NCBI RefSeq assembly: GCF_018977255.1
Contig: NW_024704756.1
Span: forward strand, 6,138,001 to 6,202,000
DNA from: Callorhinchus milii
Taxonomy: Eukaryota
Length of the DNA stretch: 64,000 nt
Direction of reading: 5' to 3'
Of this stretch, positions 1 to 13,680 are shown one piece after another. Below the pieces are notes generated by a model. It had not been told where the DNA came from. It ran no database searches and saw nothing but the letters and a program-made list of their open reading frames with translations. Position 1 is the first letter of the stretch. Each line of letters starts with the position of its first letter. The translations under genes and the position numbers were made by a program.

Positions 1-69
1 TCTACACAGAGTCTTGCACAACATACATTGCAGTGATTTTAGCTGCTGTACCGTAAGTTGTGGGTTTAA

Positions 70-175
70 GCCACATTGCTAAAGGTGGCGTCCTTCAGAT
101 GAGATTTTTTTTTAAATGTTCCATCTGCCTGTTCAGAAGGATGGTCAAGTTCCCATGGCACTATGAGCTTCTGGT
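70..175 (+). mobile_element. Deu-domain SINE remnant
   Basis: ggtggcgtccttcagatgaga...ctgcctgttcag...tcccatggcactat matches the reverse complement of the Deu segment in the 61.1-61.2 kb copy. Confidence 0.65.
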
Positions 176-2626
176 CCATAGGACAAACAAAGTTTTTTTA
201 TAATACATTTGGATGTTCTAGCTCTGCAGAAAGATTGTTTTGAAGAAGTCTGCTGTGACCCTCTTGTGTAACTTTCGGAATTTGTTTATTTAGTGCTGCC
301 CCATTTGTTTAGAATCATAGAAGCAGTTTGTTAGTGCACTTCATCTGTGATGCTCAGCCTTCCCAGTTAGGTCAGCTTGTTGAGCAGAACTTACAAGCAG
401 AAGGTTCTGATTTTACTCAGCCCTTTTTATGTCTCCAGAGCAATAAAATTTGAGTATCTTGATGAAAATGAAATGTTATGCTTCATTTACTTTGTCAATT
501 TTGTAGTTTGATAATGAAGAACAATCTGGATTTCCTTCATCTTGTGAAATAGCACATGGTGCTCTTCAGTTCAGTAGAATTGGCAGTATTTTTCAACTGG
601 CTAGAGTTTGCCTTCAGCATGTTTCTTGTGAGTGATAGCACATTTTACTCTTTCAAATAGCATTTAATATATATATATTTTTAAAAAATAACACCAATAA
701 ACTACATATTTGCCAATAATAGTTGATGGAACTTGATGATTATCCAAACCTCTTGCAGAAAAAGATGGTGAACTTACAATCAAAACTAACAAGTAAATAA
801 TTATTTGTGATGACAAGGTCCTGTTTAGGCTCTCACTATAGTGAGAAAATTTAGTTGAAGTGCACAGGAAGTGTAGATTCAACAAAATGATGTTCAGCTT
901 GCTTAAACTATTCAAGTTTCATAGGGACCATTAAGAAAACAAAATGCACTTTACAGTCACCTTTCAGGAAACAGGGCATACCATGTCCTGTGAAAGACAT
1001 CATCTCCCAGTACACTCTGTCATCATTAAATTTGTAAACCTCTCCAATCCTGAAGTAGTAGCACATATAATTTAGGTTAACTGGGCTGATCAATCTCCTC
1101 TTCATTAGGGATGTGGCTTTGCTGACTACTCCTTCAGCATAAAAACAACACATTTCATCTACATCTGGAAGATATTCAAGGAGTTAGCAGTGCCTAGATA
1201 AACAGAACCCCTTCTGATGCCCTAGGAACCAAATAAAGCTTACTTGGTCATAATGCCACAACTGCTCCTTGGATACATTTTGCCAATGAATTATTTTGCA
1301 GTCCACCTCAAAAAACGTAATTTAAACATACATCTGGTGTATACGTACACTAAATTACAACTTATAGCACCTATGGTCAGAGCAAAGTTTTACAATGGAT
1401 GACCCCTAGCAATTCTAGTATTATACTTTAGCCAGCATCAAGGCTGACCACTTCACTGGCCCAACATCAAAGGAGGCAACATGGAACGGTTGATGATCCT
1501 TTAAGAAAGCAGTTTTGCAAATAATCCATACTTGCACTCAATTCTCTTTTGGACCTGGGAGTGGAAGAGTGCTTTCTATATTGAGCTCTATGTGCCACAA
1601 AGATAAATTCAGCCATAAAAGGCAAGTTGGTCACAATGACTCGTACGAGATCATGTTTCTCACTTTGAAAAGTTAAACAGAAGACGGGCATTGCAAGAGT
1701 CAGTTGTTTTTTAGGGTTCATTGCATTCCACATAAATGTTCACATTCAGTGTTTGAATGAGTCACGATGGATGTTGTGAAGTTTCATTGCAAGTGAAATA
1801 GTTCTTGTAGAGAACAATTGAGATATGTGCAGAGTGAAATAACTCGCTTCCTATAAGCCAAAAATCTGCAGCAGAAGATGTAGAATTTTGAGAGCTAACA
1901 AAATACCAACTGTGTTGAACTTTTCTTGTGTTGAAGACATACAGCAGAAAAAAAGAGAACTTTTATTATCTGATGCCAAATGCAGGGGAAAACCAAAGCC
2001 AAAATCCAAAATGAATCGTCGTATATAGCAAGGAAGATCACTAAATTGAAAATTTTCACAAAAGAACAGTTTTTAATACTGAGTGATTTCACTACCACTC
2101 CATTCCACAAATTGATAATTTGTCTGATCCTGAAATTGTGAGGAAGAAATTCACCTTTCTGAAGTTCACATGGACAAAATGGCTGGAGAGGAACATGTGT
2201 TTCACTCAAAATGAAATTCAACTTTCCAACAGGTTTTAATGATTTTTTAAAAATTCTTAAATGTTTAGTAGTGAAAAATAAAACAATTTATGAGGCAATG
2301 TACTATATTTAAATACAATTTACTGAATAATATGAGGACGCCAGAGTCCCTTTAAAAAGTGCTCATGCAAAATGTTCTGTTTAGTAAAATAACCATACAA
2401 AAGATGACATTTAATACATTTTCTGTGAAGGTTCATAACTAAATTGATGGAGGCGTCAAGAGTTCTATTCTTGTTTGAATATCTCTGGCTTTCAAATATA
2501 TTTGTTTGAATGGTACATCTGTGATGAATTAATTTATAGTTTGAGTGTTGGGAGTAAATCATTCCTTATACAAACTCTATGATCTATAGCTATTATAATG
2601 AATATAAAACCATCAGCAGTACTCAC

Positions 2627-2647
2627 CGAGACCTTGCTACCAGTTAT
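2627..2647 (-). CDS. DIAPH2: DIAPH2 21-nt alternative microexon (ITGSKVS)
   Basis: tctgcactgacctctgcattcag|ATAACTGGTAGCAAGGTCTCG|gtgagt. In frame, and resembles the IVGSKVT insert recalled after ATAKS in some mammalian DIAPH2 isoforms. Confidence 0.85.
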
Positions 2648-3795
2648 CTGAATGCAGAGGTCAGTGCAGAATAAATTAATATTGTTGCGGGAAAGTAAGA
2701 ACAAAAATAAAAAAACAGCAATATTAGTAGTAAACTCATAATTTACATTGCTCTTAATCAGAAAATCAATTCAACTGTTTTTTAGTATTAGTAATACGAT
2801 ATTATTTCTCAAAATTGTGAATTTATCTTCTCAATTTGAGTACATTTTAGCATCTACAAACATACTATGGCAATATTTAATTGGTTTTATTTCCACTTTC
2901 AGCAGGTTTCACAGTAAAATGCTTCAAACATTCAAATAGTCAATTCAATTATGTTTACCTCCAAGTAAGACAAAGCATATTTGTGAAGATTAAGAATCAA
3001 AAAACACTTGACTGAAATATACAATCACTTTCATATATCACATACATCATTTGTTCATTCTTACTTCAATCCAGAGGGAATTGGGAACTGAATCTACAGT
3101 TTTATATAAATGTTTGAAAATAATAAGTTAACTTCCTCGCCACCTGAAGCTACATTACCAATATATTGGAAGTAGTTATTCAATCTTCTTTAAAACAAAC
3201 CTTTGCATTGTGCAATATTTCCAGAACTACCATAGGCTGGTTCTAAAAAATTGGAACATTTGGAACCAAATTCCCTCTGGTTTGAAGCAAGAAAGAACCA
3301 ACAAATGATGTATGTGATATACGAAAGTGATTGTATATTTAAGTCAACTGGTTTTAAAAATTTGGCGCTAGTTATTCTTGTGTTTTTGGTGGAGTTATTC
3401 ATATTTCTGTTCACTTGACAAAAAANTCATTTTATTAGCATTAACATTGTTATATGCTTACTTGTTAAGATACAGCTGTAGTTGACACATTCATGAATTT
3501 TCAGATTATTGATTAAATTTTATCTAATTTTAAGATATATTAATTGGCTAGCTTTTCAGATTCCCATTCCTATTTTATTGATGATTGTAAACTGTTGATC
3601 TCAACTGTATTTCAAATAGTATGTCTAATTTATGTCTAAGTGCTAACTGTAATTCTGACACAATATCTTGACATCGGTGTGTTATAATAGGTTATAAAAT
3701 TATGTTTGACAAGCCATGTCATGACAAGGCGCTTTCCTACAAAATTTAAATTGATTAATTCCAACTGCAAGTTATATTTTTATAGTGCACCTTTC

Positions 3796-4120
3796 AACAA
3801 CAACAAAATTACATTTGTATAATGTCTTTCACGTCAGGAGGATGTCCCAAGGCATTGGACGGTTAGTGTCTTGGACCCCAGCTGGGTCGGGATCGGGGAG
3901 GGTGGAGGGCGGGGGAGGGAAGAAGGAGGATGGCCAAGGCACGGTCGAAGAGGAGAGTCTTGAGACGGGTCTTGAAGGAGGCAAGGGAGGGGTCGAGGAG
4001 GAGGGACTGTGGGATGGAATTCCCGAAGGTGGGGGCACAGTAGCAGAAGGCCCACATGGGCAGAGCTTGCTGAGTGGAGGGAGCTGGCAGGATGGTAGGG
4101 GGTTAGAGGGAGGGTGGAGG
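3796..4120 (-). mobile_element. L2-clade LINE 3' end
   Basis: (CAA)n tail, then a purine-rich body. Minus-strand translation includes SLASFKTRLKTLLFDRA, a typical L2 ORF2 C-terminus. Confidence 0.85.
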
Positions 4121-4734
4121 TAAAAGAAAGTTAAATCATTTCAGAAAATTAGACCAATTAGAAATAAAGTAATATATTGGCAAACATGACAGTTTTTCTG
4201 TACCAGCAACACAACAGACAAAATAAGAAGCCAATTAAATCTGAAGTTTCTGGGTTGAATTTGGAAGAGGGATACAAGCAAGGAGAACACTTGATCTTGA
4301 AATAGTATTGGGGGGGGTGTGCGGTCCAGATAACACAAAATAAACAGCAATATTCCACTGCCATTTACCACACATTAAAGAATTGGGAAAGAGAGCAATT
4401 ATATATAAACTCTCATACAGTACAGGAATCCATCGTGGCATCTGTGTACTTAATTTTTACGAAGCTCGGGAATGGCCTAGAATTGTCTGAAATGATTTTA
4501 GCCAACCGACAAAAGAACCAGCACCACATGATTAGAACCAAAGTGCATTCAATAATATATATGTAAACTGATGTGCATTACAGAAGAAATTTAATTGTGG
4601 TTGAAATTTCAAAAGCTGAAATTGATGCTCAACATTGAGTGTTAAGTTCACCACAAATTCTGTATGAAGTCAGCATAGATACGAATAGGCTGCAAACTAC
4701 AAGGTGATCAAATTTAGTTTTAAACACCCCCGCA

Positions 4735-5347
4735 CCTCAGGCACAGGCAGCATCAGCATCAACGGATGCACACTCCACCTCACCAAACCAGTCAGGATCC
4801 TGGGCATCTTGTTCGACCCTCAACTGTCCTTTCTCCCTCATATCCGGTGACATGACCCGCTCTGCCTTCCCCCACCTCCGCAACATTGTGCGACTCCGCC
4901 ATTGCCTCAGCCCTCAGGCCGCCGAAACCCTCATACACGCATTCGTCACCTCAAGGCTCGGCTATGGAAACTCCCTCCTTGTCGGCCTCCACAGCTCTTC
5001 CCTCCACAGGTGCAGATCATCCAGAACTCTGCAGTTCATGTCTTCTCCCGCACCAGGCTCTGTGACCCCATCACCCCCACCCAGCTCCACGGGTTTCCCA
5101 TCCCTCAGAAGATACGAGTCCTCACTTTCAAGGCCATCCACAGCCTTGCCCCTTCCTACATCTCTGACCTGCTGACTCCCTATCAACCTGTCCGCTCCCT
5201 GTTCAGCAGGCTTAGGCTTGCTCCATGTCGCCTGCCCGACCCGCCCTACCATCAGCGGCGGGATCCTGATCCCCAACTGTTCAGCACCATGGGACATCCT
5301 CTCCATGTGAAAGACGTTTTGCAATGTAATTTTGTGGTTGTTGTTGT
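4735..5347 (+). mobile_element. L2-clade LINE, decayed ORF2 C-terminus and 3' tail
   Basis: Frameshifted peptides SAFPHLRNIVRLRHCLSPQAAETLIHAFVTSRLGYGNSLL and IIQNSAVHV...LTFKAIHSLAPSYISDLL. Ends in (TTG)n. Confidence 0.92.
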
Positions 5348-8300
5348 AACCACTTTGCTGATTTCCTGGGATGCCTAAAATAGCTTTATTATGTTTGATT
5401 CATCCTGAAATTTAATTTCTTATGAAATAATAATGACTTTTTGTATATTTTAGAACATGTAGCTACAAAGGAAGCTTTTTCTCCCCTAAGGGGCATGAGA
5501 TGGCATCATATTATTGATACAGTGTAAATTGAGAATAAATGTATAATGTAAACAGTAATTTGACATTGTCCTCCAAAAAGTAAATATTTGCTCTTTGTAT
5601 GAAAATGAACAAATAATCCCGTACATGACCAATTTATTTTAAGGATATTACAAAAATTAATCTATTAACAATAAGCTCACTCCCTGTGAAACAAGCGCCA
5701 ATATTAAAAAATACATGTTAACTGTTAACATCTCTGTGGAAAGTTTGGTAACCATTAACTGTGAAACCTGCCAATTCTTATAAAAACCTGCTGTAAGTTA
5801 TAGAAAGAGTAATACAGACCATTTTTAAGAAACAACTAAAATATTGTTCATTGCTACAAAGTAATTTTACCAATTTGTTTTAAAGTATTGTCCTTTGTTT
5901 TCTTAAAATGGGCATTGTTCATAATTTTTTGCATAATTTAGCCAAAGAATTTGGAATTCGTAATGGGCAGAAAGTTACTTCAACCAATACATACAACAAA
6001 AAAAATCAACTAATGCACATTACAATTTATCAGAATTAAAGCACTTGGACACCTGATAACAATATGCAGTTAGCTGTGTGTGCACTGCTTTGAAATATCT
6101 GAGGGGATTATTCTTAAGTTTAGTTAATGTTAAGTTTGTCAATATGTTTGGTGAGAATGCTAATACCTCAAAAGATGAAGCTATCGGAAAAAAATTGTCA
6201 AACTAAAGAATAGGATTTATGCATCTAATTGGTGTCTAAATTATGACCAAGTTAACTACAGCTAGGTTTTGAAGGTATATTCAATAAAATAGGAAATTGT
6301 TGAAACTGAAATGTTATATAATTAAAGAACATTCAACATGATACATCTTTCTAAATTCTATTCCTTATGCTAAATTATGACAATTGGCCATTGTTTAAGA
6401 AAGGAAAGAATTGGACCGTTTTATAACTAAAGCACCAGAAAAAAATCTGAGTTCCATTGGATTTTTACTATCCAATGAACTGGCAACACCTGATCTGAAA
6501 GGCATCACCTCCAACAATGCAGTACTTCAAGTACTGCACAAAAGGGTCAATAATTTAATTCCTGATTTGGGGCTTAGTTCCTACATCAAATTCAAAGTCA
6601 GCAATATCAAAAAAGGAAGGTTCACATGCAAAATTGTATGATCCAATTCTTTGTCAAACATCCAAGGTTGAAAGAAAACCAAGGACAATGCTTTTTCATA
6701 GCTTAAAAGAAAATCAATCTGATTAATTTATTTAAATATTCCTGCATTACTCCATTCTATATTGCTTCTTTCTAACCAATCATGTGACAGTTAATCCTCA
6801 GACATCTTTTAAATTCAATCAAGAATATTTACATACATTCTTTTCAAGTCAATCTTCAATTCTCAGAGTTAAAACTACATATTATGACTTTGAATCATTT
6901 AATTCTCTTGTATAAAATGCAGAAAGCAACTCAGATCCACCACCTAATGCACCATAGAAATACTGCTTATAAAGAATAAAATGTGCTCTGCACTGTGCAA
7001 TATGCAAGACTTTGCAACGATGGGAAATTTAAAATTTGCCTTTGCCATGACATACCAATTTTTAAAAGTTTTGAATTCTGGCAAGGGCAAATAGTTAAAG
7101 AAAAATGCTTGAGGCAAACAAATGTTCCTGTCCCATATTATCCACAGGCAAGCAAAGCTTTGCAGAATCTTAGAGATAGCAGCATGGATTTTGCATAGAT
7201 ATGATATTGAGCTCATACAAATAAATGATAATACTATCTTTGATGAAAAGGGTTTTGAGCAACTAAAACAGGAGGTGGATGCAAGGGAAATATAAATTAC
7301 AAGCACAATTCAGAACCTCCAAACAGTAGTACTGTTCAAAAATTATGCTGAGGAACAGAATTACATTTTTGTCTCTATACTTATGCAATGCCTAAGATTT
7401 TGGATGTTTTGCATTCATCTAAGAATCTATATAGTTAATGTGGGAGAAACTAGCCAGTGTGGCACTTTCTGTCTCCAATATTTTCGCAAACCCTGTCTCA
7501 TCTGGTGATCATTATCAAAACAACATTCATTGATTATGTTTAAGCACAACATTCAGAAAGCTAAGACTGTTGTTTAACTCACAACACTAACATCTGTGTG
7601 TCTATTTTGGAACTTCAAAACAAATTTTGAAAGTGATTTTGATGTGGGAAGCTGCTCAAATCCTGTAAAAATGGGTTGGTTCAACATTTCTCATTTAAAT
7701 ATCTATGAATGAATAACCATTTATTTCAACAGTTTTTCAACCACCAAGTTTTACCCTACCTTTATGCATTCAAGAAAAAATGCTCAGGATCTAGCACAAC
7801 ATGTATGTTATTTTCTGAGACATTTTGTTTCTTGACTCCAGCAGAGGAATTCAGAAAAAAAATTCAGTCTTTCAAAGCAAAAGCTCATGCATGGCATAAT
7901 TCTGCTGGTAACAATGTCTGTTCATGCTTACAGCAAATTTCCGTTATCACTGAAAACATATTTTTGCCTTTGGATACTGAAATCAAATTAAAATAGCTTC
8001 TTTCATACTCCAGCAATATCACAGTATTTGTGCTCAGGAACATTCTCAACTAACTATAGTTCTGGCTTGTTCAAAAAAATCTTTTGAAACTTGCACACAA
8101 GATATAATGTGAGGACAATATTCCTTTGACTTCAAATATTACTTGCTCCAGCTATCGCCACATTGTTTTTCATAAACTTTATATTACTCACAGTCGGCTA
8201 CAAAAACTGTCATAGATAATCGACATTGTCACCTAAACTAATGGTCCAATAGTTTAGTTAAAATCTTCAAAACAGGAATTGTTAATGAAAAAGCTCATAT

Positions 8301-8784
8301 CCAATTGTGAAATGTGAGGGATAGGTTATTCTGTTCGTATTTCTTATTTAACCCTTAAATTTGAGAATGAATGGCCAAATTAAATCAAATTTTAGATTTG
8401 CAAAAAGGTGAATAACGGATATTTCTATGCAGTTAACTCCATGCTGAAGATACATTAACCAAGCTTTAAAAATTACACATTACTACGAGGCATACACTGA
8501 GAGGTATTACTGGTTTATATTAATGAAACAGTCATGTTTCAGATTAGAGTATTTTGTATGATGTATGCCAAATCCTCATGAGCAATTTATCCACAGTCCA
8601 AGGCACTTTTAAACCACATTTATTAAGCAGCAGTTTTAAGCACTCAAAAGGAGAACATTTAGGCAGCAATCATGGATTAGTGCTCAGCAAAAGCAGATCA
8701 TGCTAAGGTTATTATAATGTAATGATTGAGAAATGTCATTTAACCGTTTGTTCATAAAAATCTTTGTTTTTATAAAGAACTTAC

Positions 8785-8889
8785 AGATTTGGCAGTTGCA
8801 GAGATGTAATGCACAACCATCTCTCTCTTTGTGCACAAATCTTTTCCACGTAGTGGGGCCTTGCGCTCTTCATTGAGATTCATATCTTC
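8785..8889 (-). CDS. DIAPH2: DIAPH2 coding exon 4, GTPase-binding domain (105 nt, EDMNLNEERKAPLRGKDLCTKREMVVHYISATAKS)
   Basis: Matches human EDMNLNEEKKAPLRNKDFTTKREMVVQYISATAKS. TTTTAACAG acceptor and GTAAGT donor. Confidence 0.97.
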
Positions 8890-10258
8890 CTGTTAAAAGA
8901 ATTATAAGGAAAATATTTAAAAGTTCATCCAATAGATGCAGGCCACGACCAACATAGCTTTTTAAAGTCGGAAGCTCAATTTAACTTTTTCCCTCTATCT
9001 CTTATTAAATTGGACAATAATAAAACAAACAGGCAATGTTGACCTTCTTACCCTGCATTTTGTACCTGCAACCACCTCAAGTTTCAAAACTAAAATAATT
9101 TAGGCACTCTTGGAACACTCAATCCTCAGGTTTCCAAATATTTATGAAAGCCACTGCATAACTTCAAAGTTCTTCCATCATGTCAAAACGAACAAGCTTT
9201 TGTGAGTAATTCTGAGCTCCATTTGGATTTGTCACTTTTAAACAGACTTCTGCTTCCAACAAATTCAAAGCAATTCTAGCAATTCAAAAATAGAAATTAT
9301 AAAACTTAGCATTCAAATACTGTATACCTTAAACAATATTCTATGGGGAGAAGGAAAGAGTGAAATAAATACCACCCACTGGCTCAAAGGAAATACCCTG
9401 GCAAAATGACAAAATAATCCAAGGCACTATCAATGGTTGGCATCCTGTCAAACTCATCATTAGCTCATTAAAAACAAGTATTGCGGAGATCAGCATTTGG
9501 AACAGATAATAAGGCATTCTAAATCAACTACTTTTTAAAGTTAGTTTCTGAATTACAGTTTATGAGCTCAGATCTACAGCATAATGATTTAAAGACAGAA
9601 TCACAAAGATAACCCAACTACTAAAGGATGTTTATTTTAAGTGCTAGAGATCATGAAATTGAACAAAGAAGGTGATAAACTGTCACTAGTACCATACATA
9701 AAGTTTAATTAAATAAATTGCATAAATTCCCCAAATAAGCAAAAGTGGAGAAAGGAAATTAAGGATCTTTTTGTTCACTTTGCAGACATCCCCAAAGCCA
9801 ATTTACCTAGATAAGGTCCTCTATTAACTGGCTACAAATAGAACAGCTTTTCATTTCTCATTTCGATTTTACACTTGTCATCAACAGGTTGAATCAGTAA
9901 CAACAAAATCATGACCATACTCAAGACAGTTGCAAACATATAAAGACAGAAAAAGTTTGTCTTTGACCCCAAATAATCCAATAGTTAAATTGGCAAAATA
10001 TAACAGTTTACAATGAACAGGTCATTGCTGCTTGTGATAAATACTGCATTTAACATCGTAAAACATCAAGTCATATGCTATCACATTTGTACTACAAATG
10101 ATTTATATAAATGCTGAACTATAAACTGATAACTATGATTAATCATTGAACTACAATCAGCTAATGTGCAATGTTAATATGTTCCGCTGGGCTCCAAAAT
10201 ATTTTGAAAACATTTAAGCAATTACAGCTTTGAAATTCAGTGAAGCTACAGTACTCAC

Positions 10259-10435
10259 CATCATTTTTTCAAAGAGATCCAAAATCTCTTTCTCAGAAAG
10301 ATTCATAAAGCATTCTTCAAATACTGGCTGTGCTATTGGCAAATCACTCATAGCTGCTTGTGAATCAGTAGGATGCTGTATGTGAGGTTTTTCTCTTTTG
10401 GTAGCTGACTTTCGAAAACTTGTTAATCTATCACG
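10259..10435 (-). CDS. DIAPH2: DIAPH2 coding exon 3 (177 nt, RDRLTSFRKSATKREKPHIQHPTDSQAAMSDLPIAQPVFEECFMNLSEKEILDLFEKMM)
   Basis: Hand translation closely matches human RDRITSFRKSTVKKEKPLIQHPIDSQ...LSEKEVLDLFEKMM. CAG acceptor and GTGAGT donor, phase 0. Confidence 0.97.
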
Positions 10436-11084
10436 CTGTCAAAATAAACAAATAGATTAATTCACCATTCTCACAAAAGTCATCTCAGTGGCCTTTGTCT
10501 GACTACTATAAAACCAGTCATTCATGCAATTTTGCAAAGAAGCTAAATTAGATTACCATAAGATAAGTTGCTAACCAATTTCCAGAAGAACAATCACAGT
10601 TTTTAAGATTTTGTTTCCACATTACTCAAAAGCTTAGTTATATAGAATTTCAGAGAATATCGTATATAACCGTAGAGGTACTGTAACATGTTTGCCCAGG
10701 TCCAAGTGCAGTTTTATTCAATTCAGATAATCATTTAAGGATCTTAAACCTTGAGAACTCACAATAAAGTTTATTATTAGGTTTGACAATAGATTGAATT
10801 AAACAATTATACTGAAGCTTCCAGGGCCATGTGCCATTTACTTCTAGTAGATGCACAATTTAAGGAGCCCACATTGAAGGAGCTGTGTTTCATACTGTAT
10901 TGGTACTTCATGCAGTGGAAGAGTGAAGTTTCATGTGCCAGTTTTTCACATCAGGGAGATGTTGGGTGGATGTTTACTATTTTAAGTAAGTCGTCCTGGC
11001 AAAAATGAGCCTGAGAGTCGATCCCTATCTGTCTTCTCAATGGAGCAATGGTAGAACTGAATCCTGAACTGGTTTGCCCTTTCG

Positions 11085-11280
11085 CATAGGAAAATATCTT
11101 AAAGTGGGAGTCTGAGTGGGGACTTTGAAGGAATTCGGTAAAGATAACTGAAGGCACAAAATGGTAAATTTTTGTAAGGGTTTTGAAATTGGAGAGGGTG
11201 GATGTGAGGCAGGAAGCTTTTGGGAAAGAATTCCAGAGAACTGAAGCTAAGTGTCTCTCCACATGCCATCAGAGAAAGTG
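11085..11280 (-). mobile_element. Old L2 3' remnant
   Basis: Purine-rich segment resembling the other L2 3' ends (ggttttgaaattggagagggtgg...ggaaagaattccagagaact). Confidence 0.5.
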
Positions 11281-12912
11281 AAAGGTGCAACAGCACCACA
11301 CATGAAAAGTGAAAAATAAAGCAATTTAGCCAGTTTAAAAATTCTTACATCACCATTCTACAATTACTGTAAATATCAGAACCACGATTATGAATAATGC
11401 AGCTGCGCAGAACAATACAACATTGCTGTATCAACAAATTTTTCATGCAGTGTACATATGCATTATTAGGAGTTGAAATTGACATGCATGGTTAAAGCAT
11501 AGTTCACAAAATTAAAGTTAATATGTCTCTTAACAGATAAGGATTCATAATTACAGACCTTATCTGGGTTGACTGCTATGTATTATTGTTGAACCATATG
11601 AAAATTTTTGCCTGCTAATTTAATATACAACAGCTGGGTAGCACACAATAGAGTATTACAGAAAACATGCAGCGTTCACAGTAGAGCGAATCTATCTTGA
11701 AAGATAACGCTTTGGACCAATGTCAGATGATTGAATTTAGATTTTAAATTGAATTAATTCATTAAGAATCATGACTATTGATAAAATCACACAGATATTC
11801 TATTATTAGCAACGATAATGAACATACTAAAATAGCACAACAGGTTGTGATGGAAAAAGAGTAACTTCAATTCATTTTAAAGTTTCTACAAGTCCACTTT
11901 ATATAGGTGCTCAATTTTATTACCAAAATGGTGAATTTTAGTAAAAACATATCTTGATAGGGTCGTTGAAAACTGTTATAGTCATGCAATGTACTGTATG
12001 GATGCTTGAACTTTGAGCAAGTTAGTGCAAGAGCTCACATAATCTCTGACAATTAAAATCCCTCAGAAATGTTACCACACAAGTTGGTCCACCCAGTTTG
12101 GTATGATGTTCACCAATTATTGGAAGGGAAAGATGACAGAGAGAAACTAATTCACCCACAACCATTTTAGATAAATGCAATCTCACCCACTAATGCATAT
12201 TCCCCCACTTACAGATTGACAGTCATGGTTCCTCTCCCCACACCCATCCTTTTTATTCTACTTACTTTTTCCAGTACATTGGTTTGGATATTTATGATTA
12301 GCTTGCCCATAGGGATCACACTGTAGGTTGAATTTCTGGACAATGCTGAAGTAGCTAATCTTAACCAAAGCAACAGATCGGTCACACAATTTGACTTTCC
12401 GGTCAAAGTCAAAAAAAAAATTAGCCATTGATTGCACTCCAGTGGTCCACGTTGTAACGTGCAGACTTAGAATAGGTATAGATTGGTGCAAATTCCTGAC
12501 ACACACAAGAATTGTCACTTGAGCAAAGTACCAGAGGCAACAGCCTCTGGAATTGTATTCCAGTGAAACTCAAGATAGAAAGGGGGTGGAAATTATCAAA
12601 ACAATCTCTTTAATTCATTTAAAATATATTTAAAAGTTATATTTTGATTATTACATTCTTGCAGTAAAGTACATTATCTTTAAGTAAAAGTACATTATCT
12701 TAAGTAAGAGTAGTTTGAACAATTAAGCAAAGCTAAGAAAATGTTTTTCATTTTCCGATTAGTAATTGGTTATTTCTGAAGTCAGAACAAACAAAATTAA
12801 ATGTTTTAATCAGTGCCCCAAAGTATTGTCAAATTATGTTAATCGCCTCAGTTTTCATCATGCATGATTTGGTAACTCAGGCAGATAGATAAGATTCCTG
12901 AACAGGCCTTAC

Positions 12913-12945
12913 CACATCGTCCGCCAAAGTTTTTATGTTAAGGTT
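12913..12945 (-). CDS. DIAPH2: DIAPH2 coding exon 2 (33 nt, NLNIKTLADDV)
   Basis: Pyrimidine tract plus CAG acceptor, GTAAGG donor. Peptide matches human NIQIKTLADDV. Confidence 0.95.
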
Positions 12946-13680
12946 CTGTGGAAGGTAAAGAAAAGAAAAGCACATCATCTTCAGCTGCAAAACAAACCCA
13001 ACCATTTTATCAAACTCAAGGCAAAGAATCAGAACAGAAGAAAATTCTTGACTTGGGAGCCTAAGACAAGAATATGCAAAATAAAAACCACTAGAAGTTT
13101 GCTGTACCAATGAAACAGACAGATGACTAATACGAAATACTCTAACAATAATTCTGGTTGAATATTTAATACTCTGGGTTTATGAAAAAAATGTATTGGG
13201 AGATTAACATACAAAACCATCAAACAAGCTTAAATCCATCTCAAGTAAACATATACATTCAAATAAGTTAACTCAGGGGTGGCAAATTCACCTGACTGCA
13301 AGGGCCATTTAAGTTAACACTTCTCGTAAAAGCAATTCTTTTAGGGATAACATTTTTTTACATGCACTACATTTTTGTTGTGAAATAACCCACTTGCAGT
13401 AGACACTATTTATGTGGATCAACCAATTGTTTGTAACAGTTTCTTGTGCTGAAATTTATGTTTCTTTGAACAAAAGATCCCTCAACTTCAGTTACTGTAC
13501 ACCAATGAACCTCACCATCTCAATACCTTCTCTGACCCCAATCTTCAAAACAACTACCCCGCCCCCTCAAGTATCTCAGGTCTGCTCCACCTATTGCTTC
13601 CCCCTCAGCACCATCAGTGGCGAGCCTTCAGTGACAATACCCCTAGCCTCTGAAACTCCCTCCCTCTACCCCTCCATCAT

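Noticed and set aside
1-2626. Search for the next constitutive DIAPH2 exon (GGLKNSKHECTLSSQEY-like)
   Set aside because: Not found by eye. It presumably lies beyond the left edge of the window.
3426-3426. Single ambiguous base N
   Set aside because: Sequencing or assembly ambiguity with no biological meaning.
4852-5378. ORFs of 107-158 aa
   Set aside because: Frameshifted L2 ORF2 remnants, not host genes.
12663-12706. Short tandem duplications (also ~31367-31397 and ~56330-56360)
   Set aside because: Ordinary replication-slippage duplications.
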